DNA from: Alphaproteobacteria bacterium
GTDB taxonomy: Bacteria; Pseudomonadota; Alphaproteobacteria; VGDZ01
Assembly (NCBI GenBank): GCA_016869515.1
Contig: VGDZ01000008.1
Span: 2,437-66,436 of the forward strand
Direction of reading: 5' to 3'
DNA: 64,000 nucleotides
Under the pieces are notes generated by a model. It had not been told where the DNA came from. It searched no databases and saw only the letters and a program-made list of their open reading frames with translations. Below are positions 14,561-23,314 of the stretch, piece after piece. Position numbers and translations under genes: made by a program. Positions within the stretch are counted from its first letter, which is position 1; every line of letters starts with the position of its first letter.

Positions 14561-15915
14561 GGCGCCGCCAGATCCGCGCCCAGGCCGCGCATCAGGGCGA
14601 CGAAGTCGGGAAACGAAGTCGCGATCGAAGCAATGTCGTCGATCGCCACCGGGTCCCGCGAGGCCAGCCCCAACACCAAAAAGCTCATGGCGATGCGATG
14701 GTCCAGCCGCGCGGCGATGCTTGCCCCGCCGGCGGGCGGCTTGCCTTGGCCGTGGATGACAAGGCTGTCCTTGCCCTCTTCGACCTTTACCCCGCAAGCG
14801 GCCAGGCCCTGCGCCACCGCCCCCAGCCGGTCGCTTTCCTTGACCCGCAGCTCGGCCAGGCCGCGCATCTCGGTCTTGCCCTCGGCGCAAGCCGCGGCCA
14901 CGGCCAGGATGGGATATTCGTCGATCATCGACGGCGCGCGCTCGGGCGGCACGATCGTGCCCTTGAGCCGCCCGTGGCGCACGGTCAGCTCGGCCACCGG
15001 CTCGCCGCCGACCTCGCGCCGCTGGCCATAGGACAGATCGCAGCCCATTTCCTCGAGCGTCGCCAGCAGCCCGGTGCGCAGCGGATTGAGCCCCACCCCC
15101 GCCACCGTCACCCGGCTGCCCGGCACGATCGCGGCCGCCACCAGCGCAAAGGCGGCCGAGGACGGATCGGCCGGAACGTCGATCGAGCGACCTTCCAATT
15201 CGGGCTGGCCGACCAGGGTGACGACGCGGCCCTCGGCCGTGTCCTCGACCCGCACCGTCGCCCCGAAATGGCGCAGCATGCGCTCGGAATGATCGCGCGT
15301 CGGCTCGGGCTCGATCACCGTTGTCTCGCCGCGCGCGTTCAGCCCCGCCAGCAGAATGGCGGACTTGACCTGCGCCGAGGGCACCGGCAGGCGATAGCGG
15401 ATCGGCAGCGCCTCGCCGGTGCCGCGGATCGCGCCCGGCAGCCGATCGCCCGCGCGCAAGCGCAGCTCGGCGCCCATCGACTCCAACGGCCGCGCCACCC
15501 GGCCCATCGGCCGGCGTCGCAGCGAAGCATCGCCGGTCGCGACCGCCAGCAAAGGATGACTCGCCAGCACGCCCATCATCAGCCGCGCGCCGGTGCCGGA
15601 ATTGCCGAAATCGAGCACGTCCTCGGGTTCGACCAAGCCGCCGATGCCGCGCCCCTGCACGCGCGCCTCGCCGGCGGCCGAGATTTCGACCGCGGCACCC
15701 AACGCGCGGCAGGCGGCGGCGGTGTTCAGCACGTCCTCGGCCATCAGCAGGCCGCGCACCCGCGTCTCGCCCACCGCCAGCAGGCCGAGGATCAGCGACC
15801 GATGGGAAATCGACTTGTCGCCGGGCGCCGTGACGCGGCCGACCAGCGGCCCCGAACGGCGGGCGCGAAGCGGCTGGATGCGGGCGGCGGCGGTCACGGC
15901 GCGCCTCTCTAACAC
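14557..15915 (-). CDS. aroA: 3-phosphoshikimate 1-carboxyvinyltransferase (EPSP synthase)
   Basis: 452 aa, [10 protein letters not shown] motif. Confidence 0.95.
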   Translation of the reverse strand: MLERRAVTAAARIQPLRARRSGPLVGRVTAPGDKSISHRSLILGLLAVGETRVRGLLMAEDVLNTAAACRALGAAVEISAAGEARVQGRGIGGLVEPEDVLDFGNSGTGARLMMGVLASHPLLAVATGDASLRRRPMGRVARPLESMGAELRLRAGDRLPGAIRGTGEALPIRYRLPVPSAQVKSAILLAGLNARGETTVIEPEPTRDHSERMLRHFGATVRVEDTAEGRVVTLVGQPELEGRSIDVPADPSSAAFALVAAAIVPGSRVTVAGVGLNPLRTGLLATLEEMGCDLSYGQRREVGGEPVAELTVRHGRLKGTIVPPERAPSMIDEYPILAVAAACAEGKTEMRGLAELRVKESDRLGAVAQGLAACGVKVEEGKDSLVIHGQGKPPAGGASIAARLDHRIAMSFLVLGLASRDPVAIDDIASIATSFPDFVALMRGLGADLAAP

Positions 15916-16011
15916 GGGCCCGGGGCCAAGCGAATATTGTTTTGACAGCGGTCGGGGCTTCTGGCAAAGCCTTGCGCCGCTTCCGTCTCAAGTCAGTTCC
16001 GGAGTCCGCCC

Positions 16012-16362
16012 GTGGCAAAACCCGAATGGGGTCAGAAGCGTCGCTGCCAATCCTGCGCCGCCAAGTACTACGACCTCGGCAAGTCCAAGATCGAATGCCC
16101 GAAATGCGGCGTCGAGTGGCAGCCCGACGTGATCGTGCGCAGCGCGCGCGATGCCGCCAAGGCCGCGCCGCCGGTCGCCAAGCCCAAGCCGCAGCCGGCG
16201 CTGGAGACCGCCAAGATGGAGGAGGCCGCGACCGACGAGGAAATCGCCGAGGGCGACGAGGAGGAAGTTCTCGAGGACGCCTCCGACCTGGGCGAGGACG
16301 AGGACGTGGCCGAAGTGATCGACAAGCCGATCGACGGCGAGAAGGAAAAGGACGCCGATTGA
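16012..16362 (+). CDS. TIGR02300-family zinc-ribbon protein with acidic tail
   Basis: GTG start; MAKPEWGQKRRCQSCAAKYYDLGKSKIECPKCG followed by a D/E-rich C-terminus. Commonly next to aroA in alphaproteobacteria. Confidence 0.8.
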   Translation: MAKPEWGQKRRCQSCAAKYYDLGKSKIECPKCGVEWQPDVIVRSARDAAKAAPPVAKPKPQPALETAKMEEAATDEEIAEGDEEEVLEDASDLGEDEDVAEVIDKPIDGEKEKDAD

Positions 16363-16432
16363 CCCTTTGCCCGGCGCGGCGCCGGGGCTTGAATTCGCCG
16401 ACCGTCGGGCCTAGGTTCCGGCCCGACCGCGC

Positions 16433-16508
<76 letters not shown>

Positions 16509-16513
16509 GTTTT

Positions 16514-16554
16514 CCGAGGGCTCGGCCGGATGCGGCCGGGCCCTCGGCGCTTTT
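16514..16554. terminator. Rho-independent terminator after tRNA-Ala (possibly bidirectional)
   Basis: Stem ccgagggc (16514-16521) / gccctcgg (16540-16547) with an inner GC stem, followed by cgcTTTTc. It lies between tRNA-Ala and the convergent SRPBCC gene. Confidence 0.6.
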
Positions 16555-16565
16555 CGGATCGGTCT

Positions 16566-17054
16566 TCAGCCTTTGGCCAACCACTCGACCAGCTTGTCGA
16601 ACGAGCCGGTCCAGCCCTCGCCGTGGTTGTCGCGCGCGCCCTTGCTGTCGAAGCGCTCGTGGCGCAGCGTCATCTCGGTGCGCTCGCCCAGCGCGCGCAG
16701 GCTGATGGTGACCAGGGATTCGTGGCCGAGCTTGCCGCTGGCCGCGTCTTCCCACGCCCAAGTGAAGACCAGCTTGCGATCGGGCACCACCTCGCGATAG
16801 ACGCCGCAGACGGTGTGGGTCGCGCCCGACTCGCCGCGCATGCCGATGCGATAGCGCCCGCCCGGACGGACCTCGAGCGGGCCGACATCCGAGGTCTTGA
16901 TGCTGCGCGGGCCCATCCAGGACGCCAGCGCCTCGGCCGTGGTCCAGGCGCGATAGATCGCGGCGGGCGAGGCCTTGAAGACGCGGGTCAGGACCAGGGT
17001 GCGGTCAGTTTCGGTTTCGGCCGGGGCTCGGGCGGCGGCGGTTTGGGCGGTCAT
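16566..17054 (-). CDS. SRPBCC (Aha1/START-like) domain protein
   Basis: 162 aa; usual partner gene of ArsR-type regulators. 50-nt overlap with the upstream arsR-like ORF, so the true start is uncertain. Confidence 0.7.
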   Translation of the reverse strand: MTAQTAAARAPAETETDRTLVLTRVFKASPAAIYRAWTTAEALASWMGPRSIKTSDVGPLEVRPGGRYRIGMRGESGATHTVCGVYREVVPDRKLVFTWAWEDAASGKLGHESLVTISLRALGERTEMTLRHERFDSKGARDNHGEGWTGSFDKLVEWLAKG

Positions 17055-17388
17055 GGCGGGGTCCTTCCTTCGGTGTCGTGCGTTCGAGATGTTCGGCCAG
17101 CCGATCCAGGCTTTGGTTCCAGAACTGCCGGTAGTGATCGAGCCAATCCGAGGCTTGGCGCAGCGGATCGGCGGTCAGCGCGCAGGGACGGAACTGGCCC
17201 TCGGCCGCGCGCGAAATCAGCGCCGCCCGCTCCAGCACTTTGAGATGGCGGGAAATCGCCGGCAGCGAAATGGCGAACGGTTCCGCCAGTTCGGTGACGC
17301 TGGCCTGGCCGAGCGCCAGCCGAGCCAGGATGGCGCGGCGGGTCGGGTCGGCCAGGGCAGCGAAGGTACGATCGAGATTGGGGCTCAT
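17005..17388 (-). CDS. ArsR/SmtB-family transcriptional regulator
   Basis: 127 aa; FAALADPTRRAILARL ... SVTELAEPFAISLPAISRHLKVLE winged-HTH. Confidence 0.85.
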   Translation of the reverse strand: MSPNLDRTFAALADPTRRAILARLALGQASVTELAEPFAISLPAISRHLKVLERAALISRAAEGQFRPCALTADPLRQASDWLDHYRQFWNQSLDRLAEHLERTTPKEGPRHDRPNRRRPSPGRNRN

Positions 17389-17401
17389 GGCGGCACGCTT
17401 T

Positions 17402-17423
17402 TATTTAACCTATTGGTTAAATA
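17402..17423. promoter_or_regulatory. Candidate ArsR operator (AT-rich inverted repeat)
   Basis: tatttaacc-tatt-ggttaaata, perfect 9-bp arms, 14 nt upstream of the arsR-like ATG. Nested inside the outer complementary arms ggcggcac (17390-17397) / gtgccgcc (17431-17438). Confidence 0.5.
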
Positions 17424-17442
17424 GTCGCTGTGCCGCCCGTTG

Positions 17443-18627
17443 TCAAGCCACGGGCGCGAACACCTCGCTGGCGCCTTCGACCCCGCGCAGCGCGTGTCGG
17501 CCGAGCGAGCGCAGCAGGCCCGGCAGATAGGCTGCGACCTCGGCCGAGATCACGATCGGCTGGCCGAGCGGCTTGGCCAGAGATTCCAGCCGCGTGACGT
17601 GGTTGACCGCCGGGCCGATGACGGTGAAGTCGAGCCTGCGGCTGGTGCCGATATTGCCGAACAGCACCTCGCCGATATGGACGCCGAGGCCAAAGCGAAT
17701 CTCGGGCTGGCCGGCCGCGGCACGCTTCCGATTGGTTTCGGCCACCGCCGCCTTCGCCGCCAGCGCCACGTCCAGCGCCGCTGCGCAGGCCGGTCCGTCG
17801 CCGCCCTCGCGCACCGGCAGAATTGCCAGCATGGCATCGCCGATGAATTTCAGGATCTCGCCGCCCTTGGCCGTCACCGGCTCGCCGACGGCATCGAAAT
17901 AGTCGTTGAGCAGGCCGATCACCGTCTCGCGCGGCAGCGTGTCCGACAGCCGGGTGAAGTCGCGCAAATCCGCGAACCAGATCACGGCGCGGATGGTCTC
18001 GCCGTCGCCGCGCTGCACCACGCCCGACAGGATCCGCGCCCCCGCCTCGTGGCCGACATAGGCGTCGAGCAGGTTGATCGCCGTGATCCGCAGGGCGTGG
18101 ATTTCGACGATCCGCGCCAGCAGCATCTGCAGCGCGTACATGCGATCGAGTTGGGCGGCGGTGAATCCGTCCGATCCGTCGGCGACCACCGACAGGGCGT
18201 CGATATGGCCGTTGCCGAAGAACACCGGCATGATGACGTAGTCGGTGGCGCCTTCGGCCTTGAGTTCCTTGAGCAAAGGAAAGCGCGGTTCGACCTCTTT
18301 CAGCCGCACCCGTACGGTCTTGCCCTGGGCGTAGACGATGGGCAGCGGGTTATCGAGATAGTCGACGTCCTTGAGGATCGAATAGGGCGCGTTATAGGCC
18401 ACGACCTCCTGGCCGCGGCGCCAGAAATAGGCCGTGCCGAGGAATTCGGGCCGCGGCGAGCGGCGGAAATAGGCCAAGCGGAACAACGGAATGCCGGCCT
18501 CGACCAGGCGCTGGGCGATGCCGGCGACCAGATCCTTGGTCTCGGTCAGGAGAAAGGCCTCGGTCACCAGCCAACGCGCGATGGGATCGCCGTAATCGGT
18601 GTTGGGCATGGCAATGCGCCGGTCCAT
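17443..18627 (-). CDS. class III adenylate/guanylate cyclase with uncharacterised about 190-aa N-terminal domain
   Basis: 394 aa; C-terminal FADLRDFTRLS ... KFIGDAMLA ... GVHIGEVLFGNIG ... DFTVIGPAVNHVTRLE cyclase motifs. Confidence 0.85.
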   Translation of the reverse strand: MDRRIAMPNTDYGDPIARWLVTEAFLLTETKDLVAGIAQRLVEAGIPLFRLAYFRRSPRPEFLGTAYFWRRGQEVVAYNAPYSILKDVDYLDNPLPIVYAQGKTVRVRLKEVEPRFPLLKELKAEGATDYVIMPVFFGNGHIDALSVVADGSDGFTAAQLDRMYALQMLLARIVEIHALRITAINLLDAYVGHEAGARILSGVVQRGDGETIRAVIWFADLRDFTRLSDTLPRETVIGLLNDYFDAVGEPVTAKGGEILKFIGDAMLAILPVREGGDGPACAAALDVALAAKAAVAETNRKRAAAGQPEIRFGLGVHIGEVLFGNIGTSRRLDFTVIGPAVNHVTRLESLAKPLGQPIVISAEVAAYLPGLLRSLGRHALRGVEGASEVFAPVA

Positions 18628-18689
18628 GGCCGAACGCTACGCCCAAACCGGGCAAAGGCGCAAACCCGCGCCTCGACCGCGACCGGGTT

Positions 18690-18763
18690 CATCGGAAATC
18701 GCGGCCGCGATTCCCCATGAACCGTGAATCGCGGTCCGGAGCGGGGTACGAGGGCATGATTCA
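18690..18763. repeat. Left portion of intergenic mosaic palindromic repeat, interrupted by the IS
   Basis: 18720-18763 aligns with 49693-49736 with 2 mismatches (aaccgtgaatcgcggtccRgagcgggRtacgagggcatgattca). It is preceded by a small hairpin analogous to 49661-49694. Confidence 0.75.
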
Positions 18764-18780
18764 TGTGTGGACGGCTCCCG

Positions 18781-18998
18781 TTGGGCAAGAACTTTCGACG
18801 GCGGCGTGACGATTGGGTCAGATGCATTCATGTGTCCGGCTTGTGTCGCGCGGCATCGTGAGAGCCGCTGGCCATGATGATGTCCTGGGATCGGGTCCTC
18901 ATCACGCTTGCGCGCTTGGTGGCGCGGTGAATCATTCGGGGCGTCCCGATCCTCGGCTTGACCGATCGTCATCGCGTTCGTCGCTCTCCCTTGCCCAA
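18781..18998 (-). ncRNA. Candidate IS-encoded guide RNA (seekRNA / bridge-RNA-like) in the 3' non-coding tail of the IS
   Basis: 266-nt non-coding tail downstream of the transposase stop. It holds short exact matches to both halves of the intact target site and to the IS end junction. Complementary 9-mers ttgggcaag (18781-18789) / cttgcccaa (18990-18998) could close the structure. See finding. Confidence 0.4.
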
Positions 18999-19029
18999 AT
19001 GGTTGGATCGTCGTTGGCGCCGACCCGCC

Positions 19030-20052
19030 TTAGCCTGCGCTCGGCATGGGGCGATAGGCCTCTCCGCGCGCCATCACCGCCCAGGCGATTCGCGCCATCT
19101 TGTTGGCGACGGCGACCGTCACCAGCCGGGCCGGCTTGCGTTCGAGCAGTCGATTGGCCCAGAGGCTGAGGTCGTTGGTTCGGCGACCGGCGAACCGAAC
19201 GACGGCAGTGGCGCCGACGACCAGGAGCTGGCGCAAATAGCGATCCCCCTTTTTCGAAATGCCGCCGAGGCGTTGCTTGCCGCCGCTCGAGTGCTGGCGC
19301 GGCGTCAGCCCCAGCCAAGCCGCGAATTGCCGCCCCGAACGAAATGCGCGTGCGTCGCTTACCGTCGCCGCCAAGGCCGTCGCCGTGATCAGGCCGATGC
19401 CCGGAACGCCCTCCAGTCGCTGACTGGCCGGGTGAGCGCGATGCCAGGCCTGGAGTTCGATCTCGATGGCGCGAACCTGCTCGCTCAGCGCCTCGATCAT
19501 GCGCGCGATCAGGACCAGCGTCCGCCGCGCCAACTCCGGCAGCGCATCCGATCCGCGTTCCAGCACCGTCCAGAGATCGCGCGCCCGTTCCCGGCCCTTG
19601 GCCGCGACAATCCCGTACTCGGCCAAATGCGCCCGCAACGCCGTCACCTGCGCCGTGCGCTGACGCACCAAGAGATGTCGCGCCCGATGCAACATCACGA
19701 CACTCTGCCCCTCCGCCGACTTGATCGGTACGAACCGCATCGTCGGTCGCGTCACCGCCTCGCAGATCGCCTCGGCATCCGCCGCGTCGTTCTTGTTCCG
19801 CTTCACATACGGCTTCACGTAACCGGGCGGCATCAACCGCACATCGTGCCCCAACGCCAATATCTGCCGTGCCCAATGGTGCGCGGTCGCGCAAGCCTCC
19901 AGACCGACCAAGCACGGCTCCAGGCTCCCGAACAGCTTCAAAACCTGATCCCGCCGCAGCTTGCGCCGCAGCGCCACGCCGCCGTCTGCATCGACGCCGT
20001 GAACCTGAAAAACACTCTTGGCGATATCCAGTCCGATCGTGGCAATCTTCAT
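19030..20052 (-). CDS. IS110-family transposase (DEDD recombinase)
   Basis: Track ORF 19030..20100; likely start MKIATIGLDIAKSVFQVHGVD at 20052. GVPGIGLITATALAATV ... LGLTPRQHSSGGK C-terminal domain. Confidence 0.9.
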   Translation of the reverse strand: MKIATIGLDIAKSVFQVHGVDADGGVALRRKLRRDQVLKLFGSLEPCLVGLEACATAHHWARQILALGHDVRLMPPGYVKPYVKRNKNDAADAEAICEAVTRPTMRFVPIKSAEGQSVVMLHRARHLLVRQRTAQVTALRAHLAEYGIVAAKGRERARDLWTVLERGSDALPELARRTLVLIARMIEALSEQVRAIEIELQAWHRAHPASQRLEGVPGIGLITATALAATVSDARAFRSGRQFAAWLGLTPRQHSSGGKQRLGGISKKGDRYLRQLLVVGATAVVRFAGRRTNDLSLWANRLLERKPARLVTVAVANKMARIAWAVMARGEAYRPMPSAG

Positions 20053-20136
20053 GGGGCGGCTCCTCTCCGTTGGTGGCCCGTGACAGCGCCACCTTGGCAC
20101 AGCACGATGCCGTGGAATCGGGAGCCGTCCACCCCA

Positions 20137-20187
20137 TCACGATCCGTCTTGAACCACTTGGTTCAAGACAAATCGATCATGCCCTAG
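20137..20187. repeat. Right portion of the interrupted mosaic repeat
   Basis: tcacgatccgtcttgaaccacttggttcaagacAAatcgatcatgccctag matches 49734-49784 with 2 mismatches. The terminal cta supplies the TAG stop of the gene at 20184. Confidence 0.8.
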
Positions 20188-21047
20188 CCTTGGATCTGCG
20201 ATTGCACGTAGCCGGCGAGCTGCGCCACCAAGGCGGTCATGTCGTCGCGCAGCCGGTCGAAATTGCGCCGTTTGACGAAGGCGTCTTCGTCCATATAGAG
20301 GCCGCGGTTGATCTCGATCTGCAGCGAATGGCGCTTGCGCGCCGGATCCGAGAAGCGCCGCACCAGCTCGACCCCCTTGTAGGGATCGTTGATCTTGACC
20401 CAGTAACCAAGCTTGCGCAACGCGTTGGCGACCAATTGAGTGAATTCGGCCGAGCAGGTCGTGCCGTCGCGATCTCCCAGGACGATATCGGCGCGGCGCT
20501 TGCCGGCATCGGGCGCGCGGGCGTCGCCGACCGCGCCCATCGAATGGCAGTTGACGTGCCAGACCGCGCCGAAATGACCGTAGAGCGCCTCGTAGGAGCG
20601 CCGCATCTGGTCGTGATAGGGCCGATGGTAGCGGACGATGCGCGATTCGACTTCGGTCACGGTCAGCTTGCGGGCGTAGAGCGGCACGCTGTCCGGACCG
20701 ACCAGGCGCCAGATCAGGCCCTTGCCGTCGCGGGTCTTAATCGAAGGCGAGACGGGATAGGGCCAGGGCCGGTCCAACAGCTCGGGATCGATGTCCTTCT
20801 CGTCGCGGTTGGCATCGATGTAGACCCGCGGGAACAGGGCAGCGACCAGGGTGGCTCCGAATTCGGGCGCAAGACCGAAGATCTCGTCGATGAACATGTC
20901 CTCGCCGCGGCGATAGGCCTCGGGCGGAGCCGAAGGCGAAAAATCGGCCGGGTAGGCATAACCCGAATGCGGCGAGTCGAGCAGCAAAGGCAAGGGCGCG
21001 ACGCGCGGCCCGACCAGGCGCAGGACGCCGGGAATCGTTTGCTCCAT
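20184..21047 (-). CDS. N-formylglutamate amidohydrolase (FGase, HutG-like) family protein
   Basis: 287 aa; LLLDSPHSG ... VNCHSM family motifs. Confidence 0.75.
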   Translation of the reverse strand: MEQTIPGVLRLVGPRVAPLPLLLDSPHSGYAYPADFSPSAPPEAYRRGEDMFIDEIFGLAPEFGATLVAALFPRVYIDANRDEKDIDPELLDRPWPYPVSPSIKTRDGKGLIWRLVGPDSVPLYARKLTVTEVESRIVRYHRPYHDQMRRSYEALYGHFGAVWHVNCHSMGAVGDARAPDAGKRRADIVLGDRDGTTCSAEFTQLVANALRKLGYWVKINDPYKGVELVRRFSDPARKRHSLQIEINRGLYMDEDAFVKRRNFDRLRDDMTALVAQLAGYVQSQIQG

Positions 21048-21056
21048 GACGCTATC

Positions 21057-22487
21057 TTAGCCGGGCCAGGCGGCCTTGGGCATGGGGTCCATGGCGGCGA
21101 TGTCGGGCAGCACCGCCGAGCCGAAACCCGGGCAGTCGAGCGAACCCAGCGCCAGCCGCCCGCCCGAAATCCGGAGCCGTACCGTACCCGATCCCGGCTC
21201 GTAGAGATCGGGATGAGCCGCAAGGAACGCGTCCTGCTCGGCGCGCGGCCGCCCGCTCATGCCGTGGACGAAATGATGGCCGTTGCGCTCGACATGGCCA
21301 AGGCCGAGATAGCCCACCAAGACCAGGTCCTGCTGCACGCACAGCCCGGCCAGCGTGGTCAGGTCTTCGGCCGACAGGAAATAGCGGTTCCGCGCCAGGC
21401 CGACGTTCCACAGATCGACCCGGGCGCGGTTGACGACGGATTTGTAGAACCCCTTGCAGGCCTTCGAGGATACGCCGCCATAACCCAGCGCGCGGGCGCG
21501 CGGGAAGGAATCGTATTCGCCGTCGGATTCGTCGATGATCACCGCCTTGGCCGCGACCAGCGCGGTGACGCTTTCGCTCAGCGCCGCCTGGCGCTTGATC
21601 GGCTGCTCGATGAACAGGATCGAATCGCACAGCCGCCGCAATGCCTTGGTCCGCGCCATCGCCCGCCACAACTCGGCCACGCCCTTGGCGTCGGCGTACT
21701 GCTCGTTGCCGTCGAGCGTGGCGTGATAGGGCCCGGATATGCGATCCAGCACCTGGGCGATGCGCGACAGCCGCGCCACGTCGCGCTCGACATCGCCGCC
21801 GACCTTGAGCTTGTAGTAACGGCAGCCATAGCGCGTCACCACTTCTTCCAGCGTCTCGGGCAGGCCGTCGTCGACCCGCTTGTCCTGATCGGCGGCGACG
21901 ATCGGATCGACCATGCCGACGGTGTGGCGGACATGAATATGGTCGGCCGGGTCCAGGCCGGCGAGGAAGGACTCGAAATCGAAACCGCCGAGATCGCCGA
22001 TCTCGTGATGCGGCGTCATGCCGGCGCGGTTGGCCTGCATGGCGCAGCGGAAGGACAGGCCCTCCAGCCGGCACAGCGCATCGAGCACCGCGCGATCGAC
22101 CATCGCCGGGCCGAAGCTTGTCACCAGGGGCGAAAGACCTTCGCGCATGCCGGCCTGGCGCAGCGGGCGATAGTGCTCGATCGACAGGCCGAAAGCGGTA
22201 TTCGCGCCCGCGGCCAGATAGGCGTCGCGGGTCAATTCGACCGCACGCCGCAATTGGGCGAAGTTCTGCGCATCGGTCAGCCCCGGGTCCTTCTCGAACC
22301 ACTTCGCCGCCAGCGCCTCGGCGGCATAGCCCCAGCCCTCGCGCCCGTCGGCCAGCCGTATGCGGGCGCGCACCACCAGCTGCCGGCCATGGGTGTGGGT
22401 GACGGCACCGAAGCGGAAAGGCAGGCGCAGCACGTACGGCCATTCGTAGCCCTCGACCGCGCGCACGCTCAGCTTGGGGGCGTTCAT
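21057..22487 (-). CDS. enolase-superfamily enzyme (MR/MLE-like), unusually long (476 aa)
   Basis: YKLKVGGD (KxK), LDGNEQY, FIEQP, IIDESD metal-ligand pattern. Confidence 0.7.
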   Translation of the reverse strand: MNAPKLSVRAVEGYEWPYVLRLPFRFGAVTHTHGRQLVVRARIRLADGREGWGYAAEALAAKWFEKDPGLTDAQNFAQLRRAVELTRDAYLAAGANTAFGLSIEHYRPLRQAGMREGLSPLVTSFGPAMVDRAVLDALCRLEGLSFRCAMQANRAGMTPHHEIGDLGGFDFESFLAGLDPADHIHVRHTVGMVDPIVAADQDKRVDDGLPETLEEVVTRYGCRYYKLKVGGDVERDVARLSRIAQVLDRISGPYHATLDGNEQYADAKGVAELWRAMARTKALRRLCDSILFIEQPIKRQAALSESVTALVAAKAVIIDESDGEYDSFPRARALGYGGVSSKACKGFYKSVVNRARVDLWNVGLARNRYFLSAEDLTTLAGLCVQQDLVLVGYLGLGHVERNGHHFVHGMSGRPRAEQDAFLAAHPDLYEPGSGTVRLRISGGRLALGSLDCPGFGSAVLPDIAAMDPMPKAAWPG

Positions 22488-23314
22488 GACAGGCTCTCCA
22501 TCAGCGCCTTGACGTAGCCGGCGGCGTGGGCCGCCGCGGCCGGACCGTCGGGAACATAGTCGAACGGCTCGGCCGCGATCCAGCCGTCATAATTCCAGCG
22601 CTTGAGCGCCTGGAACAGCGGCAAGAAACGATCCCCGCCCTGCCCCGGCCCCCGCCGATTGCGGTCGTTGACCTGGACATGGGCGATCAGACCGGTCGGC
22701 AACCAGCGATCGGCCACGGCCTCCAACGGCTCGCCTTCGGTCAGGCCGGCGGCGCTGCAATCGATCATGGTCCGCAAGCCGGGGCTGCCGATCCGGCGCA
22801 CGATCTCGGCGGCCTCGGCGATGCGATTGACGAAATTGGCGTCGGGCGGCGCCAGCGCTTCCAGGCAATAGGTCACGCCCGCCGCCTCGGCCGCCCGTGC
22901 CGCCAGCGCCAGGGTCTCGATCGCCCGCTCACGCGCGGCAGCGCGGTCCGCGCCCTCGGGCAAGCGGCGCTGATGCGGCGAACCGTGCACCAGATATTGC
23001 CCACCCAACTCGGCGCAAAGATCGATCAAGCGGCGCATCACGTCGCGGGTGCGATCCCGTATCGCCGGATCGGCATCCGTAATCGAAAGACCCTTGGGCG
23101 CGATCAACAGCCAATGCAGGCCGGCGACGGCGATGCCGGCATCGGCGGCTGTGCGCTTGAGCCGCGCCGCCTCGCCCGCCCCGATCAGATGCGGCTCGGC
23201 GCCCAGCGTATAGGGCGCGACTTCGAGGCCGCGAAAGCCCAGCGCTGCGGAAAACGCGCATTGCCGCGGCCAATCGAATGCGGCGATGACCTCGTTGCAC
23301 AGCGCCGGCTTCAC
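22484..23314 (-). CDS. sugar phosphate isomerase/epimerase (xylose isomerase-like TIM barrel)
   Basis: 276 aa, family-typical layout. 4-nt overlaps with both neighbours. Confidence 0.7.
   Translation of the reverse strand: MKPALCNEVIAAFDWPRQCAFSAALGFRGLEVAPYTLGAEPHLIGAGEAARLKRTAADAGIAVAGLHWLLIAPKGLSITDADPAIRDRTRDVMRRLIDLCAELGGQYLVHGSPHQRRLPEGADRAAARERAIETLALAARAAEAAGVTYCLEALAPPDANFVNRIAEAAEIVRRIGSPGLRTMIDCSAAGLTEGEPLEAVADRWLPTGLIAHVQVNDRNRRGPGQGGDRFLPLFQALKRWNYDGWIAAEPFDYVPDGPAAAAHAAGYVKALMESLS

Larger units (their letters stand above)
18764..20136 (-). mobile_element. IS110-family (IS1111-like) insertion sequence, 1373 bp
   Basis: Boundaries come from comparison with the uninterrupted repeat at 49.7 kb (gattca|cgatcc). 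13-bp subterminal inverted repeats gtggacggctccc (18767-18779) / gggagccgtccac (20120-20132). tca occurs on both sides (18761-18763, 20137-20139), so the boundary is ambiguous by 3 nt. Confidence 0.85.

Noticed and set aside
13907-16018. 703-aa ORF apparently fusing cmk with upstream sequence; similar read-through ORFs at 23311..26010, 30319..32544, 52947..55388, 55417..57672, 59065..61050, 60282..61583 and 62215..63195
   Set aside because: Only the 3' portions are real genes (cmk, Gfo/Idh/MocA, binding protein, bcrB, dch, korB, rubrerythrin-like, Rrf2). The 5' extensions run out of frame through the upstream gene. They arise because stop codons are rare at this GC content. Starts were reassigned to internal ATG/GTG codons that overlap the upstream stop.
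18932-20187. Two about 400-aa ORFs (18932..20140 minus, 18958..20187 plus) over the IS
   Set aside because: Alternative frames of the IS110-family transposase gene with low-complexity translations.
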